Of a stretch of DNA of 64,000 nt, positions 40,151 to 50,360 are shown in pieces. Under the pieces are notes generated by a model. It did not search any database. It was given only the letters and a program-made list of their open reading frames with translations, and had not been told where the DNA came from. The stretch is taken from positions 186,001 to 250,000 of the IMG/VR virus record IMGVR_UViG_3300004151_000006; one strand, given 5' to 3'. Numbering within the stretch: position 1 is the stretch's first letter; each line of letters opens with the position of its first letter. A program made the position numbers and the translations under genes.

Positions 40151-42295
40151 ATGGCTAAGATCATCTTTCTTATCATGGTGTCAATGTTGTTAGCAGATCA
40201 TAGCTTTGGTCAGACCAAAAACAATGATCTCCCCACAGTGGAAGAAGTACAGGATAATATCCAAAGATCTGGTAAGCAGTGGACAGCTAAACGCAATAGA
40301 TTCATGGATATGAGTCAGGCTGAGATCGATGCCACACATGGAGCAGATGATTGGTCTACTCTCTCCAGAGATATGGATCTCAAAGGTTTAGAGGGTTCTC
40401 CATATGACAAAGATGTCACTGGTGTCCTCACTGATAATCCCCTTCCATCAGCACATGATTGGAGGAATCATAATGGAAAAGATTATACTACTCCAACCAA
40501 ATATCAATCCAGCTGTGGTGCATGTGTCACATTTGCAACAGTTGCTATATGGGAAACACTCCTTAAGATTCAGTACTTGGATGAAAGACCTTCATTCAAT
40601 CCGGATCTCAGTGAACAGTTTATAGTTTCATGTCCATTACCGAAATCTTGTTTTGGAGTCAATCCAACTTTTACAATACCGGATATGGTACAAAACGGTA
40701 CTTATTCGGAGACATACATCCCATACATTGCAAAGCCAGTACCTTGCAGTGAAGTGACAAGCGGTGTTGATCTTACAAAGATTGGGCATTATCGTGTTAT
40801 GAATTATGAACATGTGGTTGTGTATGAACCCGGTGGAGATGATGTGAGTATTGACATGTTAAAACGTATGTTGGTGGAGATTGGACCATTTTTCACAGTG
40901 ATGATGCAATACGATGATTTCTATCTTTATGCGGGTGGAGTATATTCCACAACACCAACTGCGAGTTATCGTGGGCTTCATGCCGTCTGTGTGATTGGGT
41001 ATGATGATGCTGAACAATGTTTCATTGTGAAAAATTCATGGGGAGATTGGTGGGGAATAAATGGTTATTTTAAGATAGCCTATTCAGAAGCTACAAAATT
41101 ATCCCGTACTACATTTGGCTTAGATACATGGGCATTTTCTGGTGCTGTCATTGATCGTGAAGAACCAGAGCAAGAGATACCCCCAATAGCCAAAGTCATA
41201 AACTTTCCCACAGGTACAATATATGCACATGATCGGGTGTACAATGTAACTTCTGAACCAGCAACTGCAGTATCATTTGCTTTTCGTACTGATGGTGGTA
41301 CCTGGAGTGAACAGATACCCATTTTAGGATCTTTGTGGATCTATGATCCCACTGATGGTCCACATACACTTGAAGTGATTACATGTAGTGTATCTGGTGC
41401 TTGTCAATCTAAAAATGATCCCACTACATATCATTGGATCAATGATACTACACCTCCAGAATTTATCAATATCACCAATCCACCAGCTGCTATCACTGAT
41501 GTCACATCTTACGTATTCAATGTCACTGCGAGTGCAGATACTGTAAAATATATGTGGGCATCTGATTTAATAAGTGGCTGGTCTGCTATGCTACCAATAT
41601 CAAATGCAACTATCACTTTAAATGATGTCCCCGATGGTAAACATTATATTATTCTGGTAGCCAGTGATGTAATCGATAATTACAGTGAGCACACTCGGGT
41701 GGAATGGACGGTATCGAGTAAAATCACAGCATTGTTAAGTGATCTCCCAAATATCAAAACTACAGATACTTCAACACGGATCACGGTATCTTCTAATTCA
41801 TCAAAATACATTGGATATCGATATCGTCTTGATGGTAGTATGTGGTCTGCAACTGCAGATAAAGATACAAAGATACAGTTATCTGGGTTATCAACAGGTG
41901 TACATACTCTTGAAGTAATTGCAGTGGGGAGTGACGGTAGTATTCAAGATGAAACTGCTACTTCAATGTATGCTTGGATAATTGAAGAAGCCGCTGCAGC
42001 TGTAGCAGTATTGCAAAATCCACCTGATTCAGTATCTACCGCATCGAAATATCAACTGTATGTTGGTGGGGAAAATACCGTGGCATATAAATATTCTATC
42101 GATGGTCAACCTTTATCACAGGAGTATGATATCAACACACCTATCAATTTGACACTTTCATCGGGCCTGCACATACTCCGGTTGTCAGGAAAGAATAATG
42201 CTGGTGTATGGCAAGAAAGTTATACCACTAACAGTTGGACAGTCAAACGGTCTACTGTAAACCTTGGTGCAGTCTATCAGCTATTATTGAATTAA
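40151..42295 (+). CDS. Secreted papain-family (C1A) cysteine protease with C-terminal Ig-like domains
   Basis: CAGGAG RBS; signal peptide MAKIIFLIMVSMLLA; QSSCGAC (Gln/Cys), GLHAVCVIGY (His), KNSWG (Asn); repeated beta-rich domains; hydrophobic C-terminus VNLGAVYQLLLN. Confidence 0.85.
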   Translation: MAKIIFLIMVSMLLADHSFGQTKNNDLPTVEEVQDNIQRSGKQWTAKRNRFMDMSQAEIDATHGADDWSTLSRDMDLKGLEGSPYDKDVTGVLTDNPLPSAHDWRNHNGKDYTTPTKYQSSCGACVTFATVAIWETLLKIQYLDERPSFNPDLSEQFIVSCPLPKSCFGVNPTFTIPDMVQNGTYSETYIPYIAKPVPCSEVTSGVDLTKIGHYRVMNYEHVVVYEPGGDDVSIDMLKRMLVEIGPFFTVMMQYDDFYLYAGGVYSTTPTASYRGLHAVCVIGYDDAEQCFIVKNSWGDWWGINGYFKIAYSEATKLSRTTFGLDTWAFSGAVIDREEPEQEIPPIAKVINFPTGTIYAHDRVYNVTSEPATAVSFAFRTDGGTWSEQIPILGSLWIYDPTDGPHTLEVITCSVSGACQSKNDPTTYHWINDTTPPEFINITNPPAAITDVTSYVFNVTASADTVKYMWASDLISGWSAMLPISNATITLNDVPDGKHYIILVASDVIDNYSEHTRVEWTVSSKITALLSDLPNIKTTDTSTRITVSSNSSKYIGYRYRLDGSMWSATADKDTKIQLSGLSTGVHTLEVIAVGSDGSIQDETATSMYAWIIEEAAAAVAVLQNPPDSVSTASKYQLYVGGENTVAYKYSIDGQPLSQEYDINTPINLTLSSGLHILRLSGKNNAGVWQESYTTNSWTVKRSTVNLGAVYQLLLN

Positions 42296-42305
42296 TCTAT
42301 GATGA

Positions 42306-42331
42306 CATGGGGGACCATTCGGTCCCCCATG
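42306..42331. terminator. 11-bp stem hairpin
   Basis: CATGGGGGACC-ATTC-GGTCCCCCATG. Confidence 0.6.
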
Positions 42332-42427
42332 CCCTTACAAATGCTACTCATTTTTTTATAAATATATATCATAAAATTGAATGTGGATTAAAATCTGATT
42401 AACACTTTAACAATGAGGTAAAATGTT

Positions 42428-42652
42428 TTGGCTGGAAATTTATGTTCATTAATTGCTGTGACTGGTAAAGGCCGTGGTCCCCGTCAACCTGAAGTCAGGC
42501 CCGACACTGGACGTGAAGCTGTCATCTCCTTACATCAGCGTAAGGGGATGGTTACCTGCAAAGTGTGTAAGACACGATTTCCTCGATTTAAGATGAAGCA
42601 TGGGTTATGCCCATTCTGTCATCACGACCGGAAACAGAAGATTGAGGATTGA
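42428..42652 (+). CDS. Small Zn-ribbon protein, 74 aa
   Basis: CKVC...CPFC; GAGGT RBS, TTG start. Confidence 0.55.
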   Translation: MAGNLCSLIAVTGKGRGPRQPEVRPDTGREAVISLHQRKGMVTCKVCKTRFPRFKMKHGLCPFCHHDRKQKIED

Positions 42653-42657
42653 TTTTA

Positions 42658-42682
42658 GGGACCTGGGCAATGCCCAGGTCCC
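42658..42682. terminator. 12-bp stem hairpin
   Basis: GGGACCTGGGCA-A-TGCCCAGGTCCC. Confidence 0.6.
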
Positions 42683-42815
42683 GTATCAAATATAGTAGAT
42701 ATCTTTTTATTAACAATGATTATGCTGATCATCTTTTTTCAAATATATATAATCAAAGTGAAGTCAATAGGATATCCCACTGACTAATCGTCTTAACATC
42801 CGAAAGGAGAGCATC

Positions 42816-43016
42816 ATGGCTACTACCTTTACGGGACTCCTTGATCGTGAACCGATCGTCGGGGTCCTCCCCGAATTTTGGTGGCACGATGAGACCCGTC
42901 CTGGTTTTACCCTGGTGCTCGACCAGGATGTCCAGGACCAAATCAATACTGGAAACTGTGACTGGACAGCTATGGCTGACAGTCTTGGTGCCCAGGCTAT
43001 AGGGGCTGCCGCATGA
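42816..43016 (+). CDS. Hypothetical acidic protein, 66 aa (GC-rich codons)
   Basis: AAAGGAG RBS; coupled to the downstream HTH gene. Confidence 0.65.
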   Translation: MATTFTGLLDREPIVGVLPEFWWHDETRPGFTLVLDQDVQDQINTGNCDWTAMADSLGAQAIGAAA

Positions 43017-43324
43017 ACACCTCCATTATCCCAATGAGGAGACCGCTCTCTTCTCCTCCCATGCAACTGAAAGAAGCTGCCAAATCCAGCATGAATCGAC
43101 TCATGCTGGCTGAGATGACTTGTCGAAAGGCGGGTCATCGGATCCGGGTCCTACGAATAGCTTATCGCATGACCCGTGAGGACATGGCCCAGCGGGTGGG
43201 TCTTACCCCCAGTCAGATTGAGGAACTGGAAAGCTGCAAGGGGAATACTTGCAGAAATCTCCTCAAACAAGTGGCTTCCTTCTTCAAAGTGCCGGTCGAC
43301 GAGCTGGCACTTGACTGTCAGTAG
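43013..43324 (+). CDS. XRE/Cro-family helix-turn-helix regulator
   Basis: GHRIRVLRIAYRMTREDMAQRVGLTPSQIEELES...LKQVASFFKVPVDEL. Confidence 0.8.
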   Translation: MNTSIIPMRRPLSSPPMQLKEAAKSSMNRLMLAEMTCRKAGHRIRVLRIAYRMTREDMAQRVGLTPSQIEELESCKGNTCRNLLKQVASFFKVPVDELALDCQ

Positions 43325-43329
43325 GGTCA

Positions 43330-43365
43330 ATGGGATGGGTACCCCATTTGGGGTACCCATCCCAT
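43330..43365. terminator. 17-bp stem hairpin
   Basis: ATGGGATGGGTACCCCA-TT-TGGGGTACCCATCCCAT. Confidence 0.65.
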
Positions 43366-43439
43366 GTCACATGGTACTCATATTTTTTGATATATACATT
43401 ATAGTTCTGATATCAATACAAAATTCCACGGAGGAACAC

Positions 43440-43772
43440 ATGCTTAGTGAAGAACAAAAACTCCCCATCTTCAACTATGGAAAGATCGTGGTATGGCGAG
43501 TATCATACTTCCGAAAGGATGATACTACGCTTCATGATAACCTTTTTACCAACCATGATTTCAGTCTGCAGTTTCTTGGTGGGGGTTGGCCACTCACTGA
43601 AAATGAAGAATTCCAGTTTATTCAAGAACTTCTCGGCACCAAACGGTGGTATCCTCAAATCAAATCTTATATCGAAATGGTCCGGATCCAAAAGATCCAA
43701 CTCGACTTCGGTCGGGATGAAAATGTCAGATTCAAGGAAACCGTCACCATCATCGGCAACTGGACCCATTGA
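43440..43772 (+). CDS. Hypothetical protein, 110 aa
   Basis: GGAGG RBS before ATG 43440. Confidence 0.65.
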   Translation: MLSEEQKLPIFNYGKIVVWRVSYFRKDDTTLHDNLFTNHDFSLQFLGGGWPLTENEEFQFIQELLGTKRWYPQIKSYIEMVRIQKIQLDFGRDENVRFKETVTIIGNWTH

Positions 43773-43784
43773 TCGCATGCTAGT

Positions 43785-43810
43785 GGAGCAGCCCCATGTG
43801 GGGCTGCTCC
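43785..43810. terminator. 12-bp stem hairpin
   Basis: GGAGCAGCCCCA-TG-TGGGGCTGCTCC. Confidence 0.6.
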
Positions 43811-43896
43811 CATCAAACATGTATCTCTACCTTTTTTTATTGGTATTTTGGTGCGATTCTATAGATCACATACATCCTCTCTAAGGAGATTTATAT

Positions 43897-46800
43897 ATGT
43901 TGACTATGCAGGACTTTTTCTTTGAATGTGATGATATTGAAACAAATATCATCTCCAATGAAATGTTTAACTATCCAAGATTTAAACTTAATTATCATAA
44001 CTGGAAGTATTCCTTCTTGACTAATAATTTTTTTGACATTGGTACAATGCAATTGCCATGGGATGCTACGTATCATACTGCAGATAATTGGTTTGGTGGC
44101 GTACAACAGGACTATCCAAATATAGTCAATGATCCTTTTATCTCTAACGAAATGTATTATAAATGGATCTATCATCAAACTATATTTCAATTAAATGGTC
44201 CTATTCAATATGATACTAAATACAACTATTTGACTAGTGGGTTGTCTACTATCTTAAATGCATTTCGATCACAATATAAAGCACAGTTTCGATATCTTCA
44301 AAAATTAGAAGACACTCCAAGAAAGAAAGAATCTCTCACTATCATTAATTACAATCCTTTATTTAGATGTTACACATTTGGTGCATTGCAATATTTTAAG
44401 AAAGTAAATTTGATATTATCTACTATGTTTAATACAGTAGCTCACATGATTGATATGTATCCAGATAAACATCAATATATCTTGATCCCATGGAATAATG
44501 AAATCTATACTCAAGATCAATTTACACGTACAAAGAAAAAGATCGATATCTCTTCATTGAGAAATCCCAATAGTTTTCATTTTATTTTTATGGTCTATTT
44601 GATGAATTTCATTGATCCTAATACTGATCTTGGACTCTTTAATCAATATCCAGAAAAGTACTGGAAAGAAACTAATTTAGTATTTCGAAATGGTAATAAA
44701 GCCACTATCTTTAATTTAGAAGATCTCAAGACTCTTAATGATAAAAATAGAGCCTATCTCAAGGTAGTATCGCATCTCAATATCTTATCTACCATAGGGA
44801 GCAGTACTATAGTACTGGATACCTCTGAAGTAGATGGTATCTCTGGACCAACAGATCGTATCCCAGTGATCACTGAGACTAAATGTACTATCTCATTACC
44901 TGATATCACTACAGTACCTTTAGATAAGACTAATCCTGAAGTCACTGATAAATCAGAGAGTGTCTCTAAAGATCCAGTACCTATCGTAGATACTACACAG
45001 AGTATCATGCCTAGCAGTATCATTGGTACAACCAAATCAGTGATCCAAAAGACTTTTATCCCTATGGTAAAATCCACAGTATCTATTATGCCTAAAGTGA
45101 TCTCTAAATCAGATACACCAAATCAAATATTAGAAGACACTAAACCTGTGATGAGAAATCTCATTCCACAATTAGCTTCTAATATCACCCAGATAGAATC
45201 AGAGACTGATCCCAATGTAATCAAACAGCGTAGTAAAGAATATTTAGAAGACATTGATGCACAAGCTGTAACATATATTGATAATAGAGAAGATCTCACC
45301 CCAAAACAAAAAGAAAGACTCAAGACTGTAGCAAAGAAATATAAACAAGTCACTATTGGTGAAGAGACTCTTCAAGATATCATCCTTAAAAACAATGATG
45401 TACTCATTGATGAAGATCCACCACAGTCTGTGATAGATACTTTACCTGATAAGACTATGGCTAAATCAAAAGCATTTCATTTTGATAAAGCTTATATCCA
45501 TAAAACTATGAAAAAAGACTTAGCCAGCATTGCTGTAAACTTTAATAAACTTGGTATGTTTTTGACAGATATTAAGACTTCACAGACTATTAATGAATTG
45601 ACACAATCTGAAGAATACACTTTTAAGTTTGAAGATGTCCAAGGTAAATCACATACTGTCAAATTCAGCGTGCCTATCATTGATAGTAATGGATATTGTT
45701 ATATCAACGGTGTCAAAAAGTATTTGAAGAAACAAATGATCAATATCCCAATTTGTAAGATAGGTGAGAATAAGGTTTCTATGGTCTCCAATCAGAATAA
45801 AGTATTGATCTTGCGTAATGAAACTAAAGCTCATAGTTTTGATACACAGATAGATAAAATAGTAGAACTTGGAAAATCAGTACTTAATATAATCTATGGT
45901 ACACTGGATCTCAATCTTTCTTTAGCTTATGAATATGTCTCCATTGCACAAAAATATAATACCATTACTATTAAATCACAAGATGGTAAATCACATACTT
46001 TATGTTTTGATTATTATAATAGATTTAAAGATATTGCTGATGTAGCACTACATTCTAAATTAGATGCATTGGAGAAACAATATGGTACACTCTTTGGTAA
46101 AGATGGTCATACTGGATATTATTTTATTGATACTAATAACTTAGTCAGTTTGATTACATTGGATAGAAAAGATATCACACCTTCAGATGTGGTATCTATT
46201 GTAGATATCTTTAAGACTACATATCCTAAAGAGTTAGCTAGTAAGATAGGTTTCATCACAGAATGGATAGATATTAACTTAGTCTCTAAACCTTTACCTG
46301 TTGGATTTATCTTAGCATACCGATATGGTCTAGTCAACATGATGGATCACCTTGGGGTGAAATATAAGCTCTTAGCTAAACGTGGTAATAGTGTGTTAGA
46401 AGAGAGTGAATTCTCAGGTGAGAATGTTATTTCTGCTACTGAGTCTTTTGATACTTTGACTATGGATAAAGTGATCAATATTGATACTCGTAGGAAATGG
46501 AAGATCGATGATGTCAAACATCTTGAACTTTTAGAAAAGTACAATATATCTAAAACTGAATGTATCATCAGTGGTAGTGCTGCTATGATAGCACATCGAT
46601 ATCCGAACTGTATCAACAATGATCTTGATATTGTGGTGACTGATAGAGTATATGCTAAACTTAAAAAGGATACTACAAATTTTTCAGTACATAAAGCACG
46701 TGATGGTATTGGTACTGATATAAAATTGGTCAGCAAAGATGAGAAACTTGAGATCACTAAATATTTCCATGCTTTATCTGAAGAATATACTTTTGATGTG

Positions 46801-47862
46801 GTGAAAAAAGAAAGTGTGAATGTCATTGATGAATATATGTTCACTGATTTGGATTTCTTATTTAAAATGTATACCAAACTCAATAGACCTAAAGATCAAG
46901 ATAAGATCAAATGGTTGACGGAACATCAAGGTAAGACAGTAGCTGCCAATGAATCCCTGATATCACATGTGACTGATAAAATCATCTATATTGAAGATGA
47001 AGCACATCATTTGGTGAATGCTAATGAAGCACTCACTGTAGATAAGTACACTTACACCCCTGGGGATATAGTCATCAAATTCAAAGATTGTAATTTAGTC
47101 TTCAATAGGTATCCCATGTATCAATCTTTGATCATGTGTGGGCTCGATCATTTCAATACCCAAGCATATACCTTTGATGAATTTAATATGAAAGATGTAT
47201 ATTACTCACTCATGGAAGATAGGGGTATCAAATCTAACTACCTTAAAGCTGTTAATAGTTTCTTTGATCTCTTTATGGACCCTATCACCAAAGATGTACT
47301 TCAGCAGATGGGTGAACCAACTAATGTACAAGATCTCCTGATCAGAGCCAGTGTATTACTTACTACCAAAGATCATAAAGAGGCTTCATCTATAGCCAAC
47401 CACCGTATCCGTAGCTATGAACAATTCAATGCTATCATCTATAATGAAATGGCTAGAGCCTATGCAGCCTATCAAGTGGGTAGAGGTAAAGGTAATACTT
47501 TCAGTGTGAATCCCAATGCTGTATTCCAACGTATCATCCAGAACCCATCATTCACTATCGTAGAAGATATCAATCCTATCCAGGAATTAAAAGAAAGAGC
47601 TGGATTTACTTTTGCTGGTGTGGGTGGTCGTACATCTGAATCTTTTGTAGTGGATGATAGACGGTATCCTGAAGATGGTATTGGTATCATCTCTGAATCT
47701 ACAGTCGATAATGCTAAGGTCTCCATGAATGCTTATCTCACTGTTGATCCAACTATAGCTAATACTCGTGGTATCATTGATATTGAAGCTTTAAATAAAT
47801 TAAGTTCTAGTAATGTACTCAGTGTCACTGCACTTAATGCACCATGTGCAATGCATGATGAT
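43897..47862 (+). CDS. Virion RNA polymerase beta subunit (phiKZ gp178-like), exon 1
   Basis: PIIDSNGYCYING, LKKQMINIPICKI, LFMDPIT, HRIRSYEQF, TFAGVGGRTSESF, IGIISESTVD motifs; ends at ...HDD before the intron. Confidence 0.85.
46400..47040 (+). other. Nucleotidyltransferase-fold domain inserted in-frame in vRNAP beta
   Basis: IISGSAAM...NNDLDIVV (GS 46573-46578, DLD 46621-46629) and LNRPKDQDKIKWL; flanked by SGE, ATE, ANE and ANE. Confidence 0.6.
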
Positions 47863-48242
47863 GGAGATGTTGAATACACAGAAGATTCAGCATTATCTCT
47901 CTGTCCCACCAAATAGTGATATTTGGATGGTATCTCCCCTAATTGCTGGGATACCCTTAGAGCCATTCTACCTAAGCGGAGTGTGAAAACACACACGTGT
48001 CGAAAGACAGGTTGGAAAAGTGAATGGATTGGGTAATCAGCAGCGAAGTCCCTAAAGACACTATGTCCATGGGATGTGTTCAACGACTGACCGCTTATCA
48101 CGGTGTACACACTGAGTGGTGTGGAAATGGGGAGCACCCCAAGTGGGTGAAGGTATAGTCTCATCTGCATTGAAAGATGCAGCAGTACAGTATATTTATA
48201 CTGTACGGGATTGTAGGTAACGCTACAGTCCGAAGACACATG
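47863..48242 (+). ncRNA. Self-splicing group I intron without ORF, 380 nt
   Basis: P AATTGCTGGG 47941, Q AATCAGCAG 48035, R GTTCAACGACT 48078, S AAGGTATAGTCT 48150; P3 CTCCCC/GGGGAG; P1 gives U47862-G47903 wobble; terminal G48242; splicing restores HDD-SKRISF in frame. Confidence 0.85.
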
Positions 48243-49391
48243 AGCAAACGCATAAGTTTTATATCTACCCAGATGAGTCATGTGGTGGCTACTAAAGACC
48301 TTGATCTTTGTAGAGTCCGTACTGGATATGAAAATATGATAGGACAACAATGTAGTAGTACATATGTTGGTATAGCAAAACAAGATGGTGTAATCACACA
48401 AGTAGATAGAGCTAATAATATCCTTAGAGTGGATTATAAAGATGGAACAGCTGATGTGTATAGTTTTGGTGAACAATACACCAATATCTCTGGTATGTAT
48501 ATTACACAACATCTCATTTGTGTCGTAGACCAGGGTGATAAAGTAAAGAAAGGTGATATACTCTGTTTCAATGATCAATATTTTAAAATGGATAAATATA
48601 CTAAACAATTAAATGCTGGACATGGTGTGTTAGCTAAAGTGGTACTTATGGAGACCGATAATACACTTGAAGACAGTAATGCTATCACTAAACAGTTTGG
48701 TAAAAGACTTACCATCACACCCACACATACTCGAGATATTGTATTGACTAAAAATAGTGTGATACATCAATATCTTACAATAGGTACACATGTAAAGAAT
48801 ACTGATACTATATTGGTGTTTGAAGATGAAGATCTTGGCGATATGGGATCACTCACTGGTGGGGATATCTCAACTTTAGAGATGTTAAAGACACTTAATA
48901 AAAATATGCCTAAAGCTAAACATAGTGGTGAAATAGTCAAGATAGAGGCTTTTTATGCCTGTCCTATATCTGAGATGGGTGAATCTGTAGCTAAACTTGT
49001 CACTGAATGTAATAAATCTAAATTAACTAAATATAAGTTCTCTCGTGGTACCAATATGGAATATGATTATATTCCGCCCACAGTACTTCCTGAAAGGACT
49101 AAATATAAAGGTAATGAATTTGATAAGGATACGGTAGTCATTCAGTTTTATATCAAAGAGGATATAGCACATGGTGTTGGTGATAAAGCTGTACTTGGAA
49201 ATCAATTAAAAAGTACCTCTAATGAAGTATTAGAAGAACCTATTCTTTCTGAATCTGGTATAGAGATAGATGTCGTATTTGGTACTGCTAGTGTAGCAAA
49301 TCGTGTTGTACTTGGATGCTTTTTATCTGGTAGTGCATCTAGAGTATTGGAAGAATTACAATATCAAGCTGTAGATATGTATTTTAATTAA
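48243..49391 (+). CDS. Virion RNA polymerase beta subunit, exon 2 (spliced product about 1704 aa)
   Basis: KRISFISTQMSH, GVGDKAVLGNQLK and DVVFGTASVANRVV beta motifs. Confidence 0.85.
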   Translation, partial: SKRISFISTQMSHVVATKDLDLCRVRTGYENMIGQQCSSTYVGIAKQDGVITQVDRANNILRVDYKDGTADVYSFGEQYTNISGMYITQHLICVVDQGDKVKKGDILCFNDQYFKMDKYTKQLNAGHGVLAKVVLMETDNTLEDSNAITKQFGKRLTITPTHTRDIVLTKNSVIHQYLTIGTHVKNTDTILVFEDEDLGDMGSLTGGDISTLEMLKTLNKNMPKAKHSGEIVKIEAFYACPISEMGESVAKLVTECNKSKLTKYKFSRGTNMEYDYIPPTVLPERTKYKGNEFDKDTVVIQFYIKEDIAHGVGDKAVLGNQLKSTSNEVLEEPILSESGIEIDVVFGTASVANRVVLGCFLSGSASRVLEELQYQAVDMYFN

Positions 49392-49401
49392 CTACTGATA
49401 G

Positions 49402-49437
49402 AGATGGATGTAGGGGCATATGCCCCTACATCCATCT
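49402..49437. terminator. Perfect 36-bp palindrome
   Basis: AGATGGATGTAGGGGCAT|ATGCCCCTACATCCATCT. Confidence 0.65.
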
Positions 49438-49523
49438 GCATTGAATATATATATTATTCACATGATACAATGTATTTATTTTTAAGGATCACTATCAATG
49501 ATTTGAAATGGAGGTAAATCCAT

Positions 49524-50360
49524 ATGGGTAATGATTCAACAAATCATACAAAATTGATTCATAGTATATTAAATAATTTAGAAGATACTGCCTATGGTCA
49601 GAAAAGAGAAATGATGCATGAGTTATATAACACCGATATCTATTGCCCATCAATTACTCCAATGAAAATACCATCATGTAAATCAGGAGTATTATCTATA
49701 ATGAAAACATTTCCACTAGATATGAATCTTGGTAAAACTCTATATTTCAATGAATTGGAGATACGTAAATATGAAGCTTTTGATAGTGATGTAAAGATAC
49801 CAGAATCTATCACTGTAGGAAGCATTGCTTTATATTTATCTGAGAGTAAACAATGTAGTGTTATGGAACTTTACAGTACAATGGATCCTTATCAGAAATA
49901 TAAATTAGCTATAGTGTTTAAAGATAATATGTTCATTGAACCATTGAAGATCTTTTTATTTCAAAAGTTATACAGTTATATGGGAGGGAGTCCATTATAT
50001 CAGGATATACACAGTGTGTTTGGTAATGACAGTATCAATCTACGTGCGGATCCACGACATATATATGTAAAATGTAATAAAGATACAATAAAACCACATG
50101 AGGTAACTAAATATATTTATTATGATAAATCAAATACATCATCAGAAACATTGAGTGGACGTTGGGATGATACATCCAGAGTAGAGTATTTAAATTATAA
50201 ACATGAATTGTATAAAGATGATACCTGCATACTACTTGAGATCTTACATATTGAAGATATAACTATATTGCATAAACATATGCATACATCTAGACAATAC
50301 ACAAAGTTAGATAGCTGGTTAGGTGTAAATCTCAATATACGGAGTATCTATGGGATATAG
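49524..50360 (+). CDS. Hypothetical protein, paralog of the next gene
   Basis: Shares EIRKYE...IP...V.ELY...YK..I and C-terminal W.GV.L...I.GI with 50350-51363. Confidence 0.7.
   Translation: MGNDSTNHTKLIHSILNNLEDTAYGQKREMMHELYNTDIYCPSITPMKIPSCKSGVLSIMKTFPLDMNLGKTLYFNELEIRKYEAFDSDVKIPESITVGSIALYLSESKQCSVMELYSTMDPYQKYKLAIVFKDNMFIEPLKIFLFQKLYSYMGGSPLYQDIHSVFGNDSINLRADPRHIYVKCNKDTIKPHEVTKYIYYDKSNTSSETLSGRWDDTSRVEYLNYKHELYKDDTCILLEILHIEDITILHKHMHTSRQYTKLDSWLGVNLNIRSIYGI

Noticed and set aside
48177-48242. Independent start for the 404-aa ORF
   Set aside because: This stretch is the intron P9 region; homology resumes at SKRISF after the 3' splice site.
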